Origin: Opitutales bacterium
GTDB taxonomy: Bacteria; Verrucomicrobiota; Verrucomicrobiia; Opitutales; UBA2995
Direction of reading: 5' to 3'
Assembly: GCA_965219475.1 (NCBI GenBank)
Contig: CBDCNU010000007.1
Span: forward strand, 9,457-73,456
Length of the DNA stretch: 64,000 bases
A program made the position numbers and the translations under genes. Positions 10,895-20,144 of the stretch are shown here, in pieces (position 1 is the first letter of the stretch; each line of letters opens with the position of its first letter). The notes beneath the pieces are model-generated. The model had not been told where the DNA came from, made no database searches, and saw only the letters and a program-made list of their open reading frames with translations.

Positions 10895-11138
10895 GGCCCG
10901 TTCAAGGCGCCGGAACTCGGCATGGCCGTGCCGATATGCAGGACTGTCCATGTTATTTGTAGCATCAGCCATGGTTTCGACGTCCGGGGTAGTCTAGACT
11001 TAGGGAGTTGGGGGCGCCGCCCACACCACCACACCAACCCTGATCACACAGCCATGACACAACAATTGTTTGACGAGAAACCTGTCTTTCGGGGCCGCAC
11101 GGGGCCTGCCGAGCCCAAGATCGGGTCCGAGGAGTTCA
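10895..11138. repeat. Direct repeat copy 2 (244 bp), containing araC' (ATG at 10972, minus strand) and degT' (ATG at 11054, first about 28 codons)
   Basis: Aligns with 4049-4288. Identity stops at ...gaggagttca (11138), where base composition also changes. Confidence 0.9.
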
Positions 11139-11139
11139 G

Positions 11140-11289
11140 TTTGAGAGTCAGGAATTTATCCAGGCGTACCTGGATTGGCTGGATCCCTATCTGACTACTC
11201 AGTTAAAGCCAATGGGTATAGCCTTGGCGGACCTGAGCGCGGAGACGATGTACCAATACTGGATGTACAAATATGATCTTAGAGAATAA
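11140..11289 (+). pseudogene. orphan 3' CDS fragment (49 codons, no start)
   Basis: Open frame FESQEFIQAYLDWLDPYLTTQLKPMGIALADLSAETMYQYWMYKYDLRE, then a stop. It begins right at the repeat/composition junction. Family not recognised. Confidence 0.3.
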
Positions 11290-11355
11290 CATATGGACCC
11301 ATGATATTTGGACTCAACGAAAATAAAAAACTATAATCCCCTAATTACATTGTTG

Positions 11356-12801
11356 ATGAGATATATAGGTAAGAAAAAGCCAATAATTCAATTAGTTACT
11401 TTCATCGCTTTTCTGTTGTTGTCATGTATTAATGGATATGCACAACATCAAGAAAAAGCCAATGTCCTATTTATTGAGGCATACACCGGGTGGAACAGCT
11501 ATGTTCCTGGAGAGGAAGTAGGCTTTCATGTTTCCACCAGTGCGCCAACCTTCTCCATGAAGATTGCGCGCGTGGGAAAAGAAGCGGAGGTTGTTTGGGA
11601 GCAATCCGGGCTCAAAGGCAGTCAGCATCTCGTGCCGGAGAATGCGTCTTCCTATGGTTGCGGGTGGCCCACAGCGTTGAAGGTTGAAATACCTGACGAC
11701 TGGGAAAGCGGGTACTACGAGGTCTCCCTTTTTGTAGAAGATAAAGGCGGCAAATTTTTTCAACGAGGCAGACGCACTGCGGAAGGGCGTTGTTTTTTCG
11801 TCGTAAAGTCAGCCCATCCTGGCCGTGACACGAAGATATTGCTGCAGCTCACGACTAATACCTATAACGCTTATAACAATTGGGGCGGTTCCAGTCTCTA
11901 CTATTATAATGGACGTGGAAATTTGCAGGGTTATCGGGTTTCCTTTGACCGTCCTCCCGCAAGCCAGTTCTTTATGTGGGAGTTGCCCTTTGTGATGTGG
12001 GCAGAGGAGAACGGCTATAAAATCGACTATGCGGTAAATTCGGATCTGGAGTTTAATCCCGAATTGCTGGACTACTACCGCTTGGTTCTAAGCGTTGGCC
12101 ACGATGAATACTGGTCTACACCCATGCGTGATAATCTGGAGGCGTTCATAGCGGATGGAGGAAATGTAGCGTTCTTCAGTGGCAATACTTGTTGCTGGCA
12201 AGTTCGCAGTGAGGACGAAGGTCGTGCGTTGACCTCTTGGAAAGAGAATTATCTTAAAGACCCGTTCTATGGTCTTGGCCACTATCCATTTGTATCCACA
12301 CTATGGAGTCATCACTTGCTCGGTCGCCCGGAAAACGAAATGACCGGTGTCGGTTTTTTGAAGGGCGGTTTCCACAAGAGCCATGACATCCTAATGGAAG
12401 GTTCTGGTGCTTTCACAGTGCATCGACCCAATCATTGGGTTTTTAAAGGAACCGGATTGAAGCGGGGGGATGAATTCGGAGGACACGATACGATCGTTGG
12501 ATACGAATGTGACGGATGTGAACTTGAATGGCGTGACGGGCTGCCTTTTCCAACGAATCGGGATGGGACGCCTGAATCATTTTCAGTGCTTTGCACTGCG
12601 CCCGCCCGTTGGCAACCCAGCGATGCGCAATTTTACGAATTGTGGAGCAGGGATGACATGGGAGCAGCTTGTCTTGGAATTTATACTCAGGGAGGAACCG
12701 TTTTCACAGCTGCTACCACCGATTGGTCGCACGGACTGAGTGGGGGTGATCCCATCGTGATGCAAATCACTAAAAATATATTAGATCGGTTGTCCAAATG
12801 A
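11356..12801 (+). CDS. secreted N,N-dimethylformamidase beta-subunit-like (DUF6605-type) protein
   Basis: Signal/anchor region (LVTFIAFLLLSCINGYA). Motifs TNTYNAYNNWGGSSLYYY, VGHDEYWS and NVAFFSGNTCCWQVR. Confidence 0.7.
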   Translation: MRYIGKKKPIIQLVTFIAFLLLSCINGYAQHQEKANVLFIEAYTGWNSYVPGEEVGFHVSTSAPTFSMKIARVGKEAEVVWEQSGLKGSQHLVPENASSYGCGWPTALKVEIPDDWESGYYEVSLFVEDKGGKFFQRGRRTAEGRCFFVVKSAHPGRDTKILLQLTTNTYNAYNNWGGSSLYYYNGRGNLQGYRVSFDRPPASQFFMWELPFVMWAEENGYKIDYAVNSDLEFNPELLDYYRLVLSVGHDEYWSTPMRDNLEAFIADGGNVAFFSGNTCCWQVRSEDEGRALTSWKENYLKDPFYGLGHYPFVSTLWSHHLLGRPENEMTGVGFLKGGFHKSHDILMEGSGAFTVHRPNHWVFKGTGLKRGDEFGGHDTIVGYECDGCELEWRDGLPFPTNRDGTPESFSVLCTAPARWQPSDAQFYELWSRDDMGAACLGIYTQGGTVFTAATTDWSHGLSGGDPIVMQITKNILDRLSK

Positions 12802-13043
12802 AAATTTTCAGAATGCTTGGTTTCAGAACAGTATACGCTCTCTATATAGGGTTGATTGGATTCTTTTGTGGATTGAATCTCAATGCCGATGCAGATTCAA
12901 AGCGCCCGAATATATTGTTTATCTATACGGATGACCAAAGTCATCGGACCTTAAGCTGTTATGAGGATTTTGGCGCTAGGCCGTGGGTAAGGACTCCCCA
13001 TATCGACAGGCTGGCTCACGAAGGACTTAAAAAAATAAAATGA
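12798..13043 (+). pseudogene. sulfatase, N-terminal about 75 codons only
   Basis: Signal peptide followed by RPNILFIYTDDQSHRTL...HIDRLAHEGL, then KKIK and a stop. It ends before the C-x-P-x-R active-site motif. Its stop overlaps the start of the next gene. Confidence 0.7.
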
Positions 13044-16000
13044 CTATATCTGGTACCTCTTCTTCTAAAAGTTTATTATATTGTGTGCTTCTAGCATTCA
13101 TTTCTCTGGCAATGATGTGCGGTGCAAACGCGCATACCTCGGTTCCCAAGGAACGTCCACGGGTTCGGCCACCCTCAGCAATGACGGGATGGGCAGATTG
13201 GGTAGAAGGCGAAAAATTGCTGGAACGCATCGAGGTGCCGCCAGCGCCCGTGCTATCTCCCGAGGAGGAACTAAAGACCTTCAAACTGGCGCCTGGCTAC
13301 CGAATCGAATTGGTTGCCGCCGATCCCTTTGTCCAGAAACCCATTTTTTTTGAATTTGATCCCGAAGGCCGCATGTGGGTTGTCGAATACCAGGGCTATA
13401 TGCGGGACCTTCAAGGGAGTGGTGAAGGTGAACCTATTTGCCGTGTTGTTGTACTGGAAGACAAAGACGAAGATGGTCGGATGGATTCCAGTACAGTATT
13501 TTTGGATGGATTGGTAATGCCGCGTTCGCTTGCCTTTGTTGAAGGAGGAATTCTCCTGCAGGAGCCGCCAAATTTATGGTTCTGCGAAGACCTTGATGGT
13601 GACTTGCGAGCAGATCGAAAAACCGCTGTAGGCAAAATGGGAATCGCAGGAAATCCTCAGCATACGGCCAATGGATTGCGCTATGGCATTGATAATTGGC
13701 TTCACTGCGCCGATTCGCCCGAGCGCTTTCGCTGGGAAAATGGCAAGTTGATTAAAGCCGATACAGTCAAGCGCGGTCAGTTTGGATTAACCTTCGACGA
13801 AACCGGACGCTTCTTCACCTGCTATGAGAACAAAGCCCTCTACGGTGACTACATTCCTGCCGAATATATTTTACGCAATCCAAACTTATATCAGGTTTTC
13901 CAGAAGGCTGGCAATGACAGAAGCGCTTTCGGAGTTAATGTTAGCGTTTCCACCCAAGCGCAGGAGGTTTTTCCCATCAGGGTGACTCCAGCCATTACTT
14001 TGGGCGCTTTGGAATTGCGCGACGACGGCACCCTCGAAACCTATACAATCGTCAGCGGTATTTGTTATTATAACGGGCACCAATTTCCGGAAGACGCCCG
14101 TGGGAACTTCTTTATTCCTGAATCGGGTGGACATCTATTGGGCAGGCTCAATATGGGCCAGGGCCTTGCGCCTCAGGCCGGGCGATATTATGCGGACAAT
14201 CAAGAATTTCTCGCTTCCACTGATGAGCGATTTCGTCCCGTATATGCAAGAGTGGGCCCCGATGGGGCGCTCTATCTTGCCGATATGTACCATGGTATTA
14301 TCGAGCATGTAATATTTATGGCACCTTGGCTCACCGAGCAAATTGAGGAACGTAAACTGAATGTAGGAAATGACCTGGGACGCATGTGGCGCATCGTTGC
14401 GGAAGACAGACCGATCGACCGTAGCCCTCCCAGGCTTTCTCAAATGGGAAGCGACGGCCTGGTTGAGCTGCTGTCTCATCCCAACGGTTGGCATCGTCTC
14501 ACCGCCCAACGTCTACTTGTCGAACGAGGTGAGGCTGTACTTTCATTGCGCAAGCTTGCGGGTAACAACGATAAAGCTCTTGGTCAGCTCCACGCGCTTT
14601 GGGCTCTAGACGGTATAGGAAAATCAGATACGAATACGCGTTTAAACGCAATGCGAAGTTTGGACCAGCGGGTGAGAGCGGCTGCTGTCCGGCTAAGCGA
14701 AGGAGATGAGAATTGCTTTTCCGCAATTGCTGAAAGGGTTTCCGATTCCAGCGAGGTGGTCCGGTTGCAGGTTGCCTTGTCGCTAGGAGCCTTCGATTCA
14801 CTTCAAGCTCTTCCTTTGTTTGGGAAATTGCTGAGTGAAAACAAACATGAGCTTTTTCAATCGGCGGTTCTTACTGGACTGGCGGGGCGGGAACTCGATT
14901 TTCTGAAATCCTATGGAATCGCCATGGAGAGCGGCCTCGTTACTCGTCTGGCTCAATGCGTTCTCGAAGAAAGTGATCCGCGACGCGTGTTGGAGTTAAC
15001 GCGGCTTCTAGATGCTGAAGGTATTTCGCAGTCCGCCATACTAAAGGCCTTTGCTGTTCTCAGGTATAGGGAGGCTTTGATGCTCCGTGAAGAACCAAAG
15101 GGGCTAAGCGTTTTGCAGGAGGCGCCGGATTCCGATGTAAGGAATATCGCGTTGCATGCGTTGAGCCAGTTGACCTGGCCCGGTGCCAAGCCGCCTCAAA
15201 CGCTTACGTTAAATGCTCCACCGTTGTCGGAGGAGGAGACCGAACTGGTCGAGATTGGCAGGCAAGCTTACGAAATGGTCTGCGCGGCCTGCCATCAACT
15301 GAATGGCGCCGGTAGCCCGGGCGTCACGCCGCCACTGGTGAACAGCGAGTGGGTGGATGGCGACCCTGCAAATTTAGTACGGATTATCCAGCATGGCCTC
15401 TATGGCCCGGTGACCGTTGACGGGAACTTGTGGAATCTGCACATGCCTGGATTGGGAGCCAGTGGACTGTTTGACGACAGGAAGCTCGCGGGCGTCATCA
15501 GCTATATTCGAAGAGCGTGGGGCAACATCTCGGCGCCCATTACGGAATCGCTCGTTGAAACGGTTCGGAGAGAAACCGATGGGCGAACCCTTCCCTGGCG
15601 CGCTGAGGAACTAACGCAAATGGCTACACCCCTCGAGGCCGGAACTGTAGTCCGACCGCTGTCCAGTGGGGAGTTGGTTTTGAAGGCTAGCGAGGCATCA
15701 GTGTTCGGAGAAAGGTTGGCCTACCGGCCTACATTGAATGTACTCGCTCCCTGGATACGCGTTGACGATGTTGCCGAATGGCAGGTGTCCATTGAAAGTG
15801 GGGGAGACTATCAGATATGGGTAAACCTTGCCGCAGACGAAGCCTCGGCCGGCGACTATTTCATTTTGGAGACGGACGGAAGCAGTTCAATCGGCGAGGT
15901 AGTTTCCAGCGGTGACTATGATACCTTTCATGAAGTATCTGGCGGTAGCATTTCACTGAAATCAGGGGTTAACCGTTTGTTATTGCGCCCCCACGGGCAA

Positions 16001-16060
16001 CTGAAGCGGGAGCTTGCCGATGTGAGATGGCTTCGATTGGTTCCGGTAACCAACAATTGA
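13040..16060 (+). CDS. PVC-type heme-binding CxxCH protein (dehydrogenase-like beta-propeller + HEAT repeats + cytochrome c domain + C-terminal carbohydrate-binding-like domain)
   Basis: N-terminal membrane-bound-dehydrogenase-type region (FKLAPGYRIELVAADPFVQKPI...). HEAT-like repeats (RVRAAAVRLSEGD, VVRLQVALSLG). CAACHQLNGAG heme site. C-terminal beta-sandwich-like tail. Confidence 0.8.
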   Translation: MTISGTSSSKSLLYCVLLAFISLAMMCGANAHTSVPKERPRVRPPSAMTGWADWVEGEKLLERIEVPPAPVLSPEEELKTFKLAPGYRIELVAADPFVQKPIFFEFDPEGRMWVVEYQGYMRDLQGSGEGEPICRVVVLEDKDEDGRMDSSTVFLDGLVMPRSLAFVEGGILLQEPPNLWFCEDLDGDLRADRKTAVGKMGIAGNPQHTANGLRYGIDNWLHCADSPERFRWENGKLIKADTVKRGQFGLTFDETGRFFTCYENKALYGDYIPAEYILRNPNLYQVFQKAGNDRSAFGVNVSVSTQAQEVFPIRVTPAITLGALELRDDGTLETYTIVSGICYYNGHQFPEDARGNFFIPESGGHLLGRLNMGQGLAPQAGRYYADNQEFLASTDERFRPVYARVGPDGALYLADMYHGIIEHVIFMAPWLTEQIEERKLNVGNDLGRMWRIVAEDRPIDRSPPRLSQMGSDGLVELLSHPNGWHRLTAQRLLVERGEAVLSLRKLAGNNDKALGQLHALWALDGIGKSDTNTRLNAMRSLDQRVRAAAVRLSEGDENCFSAIAERVSDSSEVVRLQVALSLGAFDSLQALPLFGKLLSENKHELFQSAVLTGLAGRELDFLKSYGIAMESGLVTRLAQCVLEESDPRRVLELTRLLDAEGISQSAILKAFAVLRYREALMLREEPKGLSVLQEAPDSDVRNIALHALSQLTWPGAKPPQTLTLNAPPLSEEETELVEIGRQAYEMVCAACHQLNGAGSPGVTPPLVNSEWVDGDPANLVRIIQHGLYGPVTVDGNLWNLHMPGLGASGLFDDRKLAGVISYIRRAWGNISAPITESLVETVRRETDGRTLPWRAEELTQMATPLEAGTVVRPLSSGELVLKASEASVFGERLAYRPTLNVLAPWIRVDDVAEWQVSIESGGDYQIWVNLAADEASAGDYFILETDGSSSIGEVVSSGDYDTFHEVSGGSISLKSGVNRLLLRPHGQLKRELADVRWLRLVPVTNN

Positions 16061-16063
16061 AGA

Positions 16064-16573
16064 ATGACTGCTGGGAGAAGAACTGTCTACGCCTACGGGA
16101 CCCGCAACGCCCAAGGCTTGGCCCTCCACCCGGAAACCAACGAAATCTGGTCCTCGGAACACGGGCCCATGGGAGGGGATGAACTCAATGTCCTCATAGC
16201 GGGCGCCAACTATGGCTGGCCGCTGGCTACAAAGGGACTCGATCGCGATGGGACGGTCCAAACCCCATACAAGTCGTTGCCCGGCATGGTCGAACCGGTT
16301 CACTTCTGGATTCCCTCGCCCGCCGTTTGCGGCATCGAATTCTCAACCAGTCCTCTTTTCCCCGCCTGGAAAAACAATCTCCTGGTCAGCTTCCTGAAAC
16401 ACCAGCAAATCGTCCGTCTCGTCCTTGACGGACATGACGTTGTCAAAGAAGAAGTCATCCTTCGGGAATCAGGGCGCGTCCGGGATATCTGTACCGGTCC
16501 CGATGGCGCCCTCTATGTGCTGATCGACAGGAGAGGCATGATCCTGCGCCTCACCCCAGTGAAGGAAATCTGA
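16064..16573 (+). pseudogene. PQQ-dependent (soluble aldose) sugar dehydrogenase, C-terminal about 170 codons only
   Basis: Starts in mid-family at ...VYAYGTRNAQGLALHPETNEIWSSEHGPMGGDELNVLIAGANYGWP. Lacks a signal peptide and about 200 N-terminal residues. Begins 3 nt after the upstream stop. Confidence 0.7.
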
Positions 16574-16992
16574 TAGAGTAAGTCTTAGTGATCCTGGCGG
16601 CTTCCGCCTTGATGGATTACGGCGTGACGAGTGGCGAGAGTCAATTCCCGGATCCTGGTCTCCATGGTGGACAGGAATGTCCCCCCCTCCTTTCAATCCG
16701 TGCTCATCCGTGAAATTCGTGGTTAATTCCCTTTTCCAAGTCGTTGATTTTTCGACCGTGATCATGATCAAGATCACGATGATTTACTTCGTGCCCCTTC
16801 CTGTCCTTGGTGGACCCAATTCACATTCAGCCTTTCTCCCTCTGTGGTAAACTTAGCCCCGTACGGTTCCTTTCGCGACTTGCCCTCCCCGGCGTTGTTA
16901 CTACGCTTTCCTGCACATTTTCTATCTGGTGTCCAAGGACGCCATTCACTTGCCAAAAAGAACCAATCCGAAACCCGAAAGCCAATAGCGCT

Positions 16993-18342
16993 ATGAGATC
17001 TGAAAAATTATCCTCCATGAGCCGCCGATCCTTTATCCGGAATTCCGCCCTGACTGCCTCAGGAGCGGCATTGGCCTCCGCCTTGAGACAGGGGGCTTAC
17101 GCGGCGGGCAGCGACGAACTGAAAATCGGTCTCGTCGGTTGCGGGGGACGCGGCACCGGGGCTGCCATGCAGGCCCTCACCGCCACGGAATACCCGGTAA
17201 AGCTTTGGGCCATGGGCGATCTCTTCGCGGATCAGATCGAGGCCAGCCACAGCATGCTCAGCAGCGGCGCCGAGGGACGCTACGATCGTTCCTCCTTCCC
17301 GTCCCTCTCCAAGAAAATGGATGTGCCCGGGGAGCGCCGTTTCACCGGCTTCGATTCCTTTCAAAAGGTGATCGACTCCGGTATCGATATGGTAATCCTG
17401 GCTACCCCACCCCACTTTCGCCCGGAACATTTCGAGGCGGCCGTCAAGGCAGGCGTGCACGTGTTCATGGAGAAACCAGTAGCAGTGGACCCAGTCGGCA
17501 TACGCAGAATAATGGCGGCTGCCAAGGAATCAAAACGAAAGAATCTTTCCGTCGTGGCGGGCACTCAGCGGCGGCACCAAAACCATTACCAGGAAATCAT
17601 CAAGCGCGTGCAGGACGGCGCCATCGGCGACATCGTAGCCGGCCAGTGTTATTGGAACATGGGGCCGTTATGGGTCGAAGACTCCAAGAGGTACTGGGAT
17701 AAATACCAGACCGGTGAGTGGAGCGATATGGAATACCAATGCCGCAACTGGTTGTTCCACGTCTGGCTTTCCGGCGATCACGTTTGCGAACAGCACGTCC
17801 ACAACATCGACATCATTCACTGGGCGCTCGGTTCTAATCCTGTCATGGTGATGGGCTGCGGCGGCCGCCAGGAACGCGTGCAACCTCAATACGGAAATGG
17901 CTACGATCATTTCGCCACCGAGTTCGAATTCGAGAACGAAGTGCGCGTCTCCAGTATGTGCCGGCAGCAGACCGGCGCTTCCCATAATGTCTCCGAACGT
18001 CTGGTGGGAACAAAGGGCCAAGTCTATCTCGACGGCAGCAGCGGTCGGATCATCGGCGAAAATCCTTACGAGTACGATGGACCAAACGTGGATCCCTATG
18101 TGCAGGAGCACGTGGTCCTCATCGATAGCATTCGCAATGGAGACGGCTTCAATGAAGCAGGGCAAGTAGCCCGCAGCACCCTGAGCGCCATTGCCGGCCG
18201 CATGGCTGCCTACACGGGGCGAAGCATGAAATGGGATTGGGCGATGCAGCGATCCGCCCTGGACCTCAGGCCTGAGAGTTATGAGTTCGGCGACCTTCCT
18301 GTTGATCCCGTAGCTGTCCCCGGAACGACCAAAATCGTCTAA
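16993..18342 (+). CDS. Gfo/Idh/MocA-family oxidoreductase with a twin-arginine (Tat) signal
   Basis: MSRRSFIRNSALTASGAALA Tat-like leader. IGLVGCGGRGTGA Rossmann motif. EKPVAVD motif. Confidence 0.85.
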   Translation: MRSEKLSSMSRRSFIRNSALTASGAALASALRQGAYAAGSDELKIGLVGCGGRGTGAAMQALTATEYPVKLWAMGDLFADQIEASHSMLSSGAEGRYDRSSFPSLSKKMDVPGERRFTGFDSFQKVIDSGIDMVILATPPHFRPEHFEAAVKAGVHVFMEKPVAVDPVGIRRIMAAAKESKRKNLSVVAGTQRRHQNHYQEIIKRVQDGAIGDIVAGQCYWNMGPLWVEDSKRYWDKYQTGEWSDMEYQCRNWLFHVWLSGDHVCEQHVHNIDIIHWALGSNPVMVMGCGGRQERVQPQYGNGYDHFATEFEFENEVRVSSMCRQQTGASHNVSERLVGTKGQVYLDGSSGRIIGENPYEYDGPNVDPYVQEHVVLIDSIRNGDGFNEAGQVARSTLSAIAGRMAAYTGRSMKWDWAMQRSALDLRPESYEFGDLPVDPVAVPGTTKIV

Positions 18343-18507
18343 ACCGAAAAAAGGCCTGACCCGAATGGCGCTTGGTTAAGCGGCTGTAGGACAGACGTTC
18401 AGGCCGTTTAAATTCGAGGGGGTCATCCGCCTTGGCCCAAGGGTTACTGCGTAACAGGAACCTTGAATCGGTTGACTCCGCTGGGGTTCGTCAAGATTGC
18501 AAGGTTA

Positions 18508-20094
18508 CTACTTGAGAATTTTTCTCAAAGGCTGATCGACCACCATGGCCTCGGGAAAGTCGGCCGCTTGCTCGCCTCCCCGACCATGAACCCCGTTACT
18601 GCGAAGCCGTTTGTTTTGTTGATTACCCCGCGGCGGGTTCATGGGTATATCCATACCCCCCAGTTCGTCCATCATCTCATACAGTCGATCTTGCATACGC
18701 TTTTTTACAGCTGTGAATTGCAGGTCGTGAATCAAGTTGTTCTGCTCTTGGGGATCAGCCTGAATGTCGAATAATTCGTCCGTATCCCAAAGGCCGTAGT
18801 AGGTGGTGAATTTGTATCGGTCCCCGCGAAGCGAAAAATGGGTGGGGGTTTGGGGATAGTTTTGTTCCCAGTAATAAACGTAGAGAAAATAGTCCCGCCA
18901 GGGAATGTCCTTTCCTTGAGCTAGAGGGATGAAGCTCTCGCCGTCCATGTGGGGCGGTTTTCTCAAGCCCATGGCTTCCATGATGGTGGGAGCGATATCG
19001 ATGTTGGCTACGACCTCGTCCACAACGGTTCCACCTTGAAAGAGTTCGGGACATTGCATGAGCATGGGCACCCGAATCGAAGTTTCGTAAGCGACCCGCT
19101 TATCGAACAATCCGTGCTCGCCAAACAAAAAACCGTTGTCGCCCATGTAAATGACGAGCGTCTCCCGGTAGATTCCCATGCGCTTCAATTGCTCCATCAC
19201 AGCGCCGATGCTGTCGTCGACTGAGCAAAGGGCTTCGCAGTAGTTCTTGTAGAACGGAACCACCCCTTCGGTAGAATGTAGCGCGAAATCCATTCCGTGC
19301 CAACTGTTTCGTTGGTCGAGCAACCAGCGGGGCCGGTTGAGGGAGTTGCCATCGACCGGCTCGGCGCTATTCGGCGGGATGAACGGTTTGTCGGCCAGTT
19401 TGCCGCGATGCCTGTCTTCCGGGGTAAAGGGATCGTGAACCGCTTTGTGGGAAAGGTAGAGAAGGAAGGGTTGATCCGCTTCTCTCTGTTCCTCCAGGAA
19501 ATCGATGGCGTAGCGAGTCAGAAGAGTGGTTATGTATCCGTCCTGCTTTACCCGTTGCCCATTGACGTTGATGGTGTAGTCGGGACTTGGGGGAAAGTAC
19601 CTTCCCTGCCCTTTGAAGCTGGCCCAATAATCGAACCCCGGTCGGGGATTATCGTTGGCGTGGCCCATATGCCACTTACCGACAAAACCGGTGCGGTAAC
19701 CGGCTTTTTGAAGGTACTGGGAAAAAAACTGGGTTCCCTTCGGAACCGCGCGTTGATTATCGATCACCCGGTGGCGGAAGGTATAGAGTCCGGTGAGGAT
19801 AGACGCCCGGCTCGGAGAACACAGTGAAGTGGTGACAAAGGCATTTTTAAGGTGCACGCCATTGGCCGCCATCGAATCCATATGAGGGGTCACGGCAAAT
19901 GGGTGCCCCATGAAACTCATGGCGTCATAGCGATGGTCGTCCGAGAGTATGAATACCACGTTGCGGGGTTTTACATTTTCGATTTTCTGAGGTTCGATTG
20001 ATTGGGGGACGGGGATGACGGCGGCCCGACTGCTTCCACTCAGTATGGAGAGCAGAACGATGCATGGAGGGAGGATAGTCGATCGGTATTTCAT
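18508..20094 (-). CDS. sulfatase (formylglycine-dependent)
   Basis: Signal peptide, NVVFILSDDHR, active-site LCSPSRASILTG, GKWHMG. Confidence 0.9.
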   Translation of the reverse strand: MKYRSTILPPCIVLLSILSGSSRAAVIPVPQSIEPQKIENVKPRNVVFILSDDHRYDAMSFMGHPFAVTPHMDSMAANGVHLKNAFVTTSLCSPSRASILTGLYTFRHRVIDNQRAVPKGTQFFSQYLQKAGYRTGFVGKWHMGHANDNPRPGFDYWASFKGQGRYFPPSPDYTINVNGQRVKQDGYITTLLTRYAIDFLEEQREADQPFLLYLSHKAVHDPFTPEDRHRGKLADKPFIPPNSAEPVDGNSLNRPRWLLDQRNSWHGMDFALHSTEGVVPFYKNYCEALCSVDDSIGAVMEQLKRMGIYRETLVIYMGDNGFLFGEHGLFDKRVAYETSIRVPMLMQCPELFQGGTVVDEVVANIDIAPTIMEAMGLRKPPHMDGESFIPLAQGKDIPWRDYFLYVYYWEQNYPQTPTHFSLRGDRYKFTTYYGLWDTDELFDIQADPQEQNNLIHDLQFTAVKKRMQDRLYEMMDELGGMDIPMNPPRGNQQNKRLRSNGVHGRGGEQAADFPEAMVVDQPLRKILK

Positions 20095-20144
20095 GGGTAG
20101 GGATTTGGTTCGCGGATGGCCAATTTACGGGCTTGCTATTCAGC

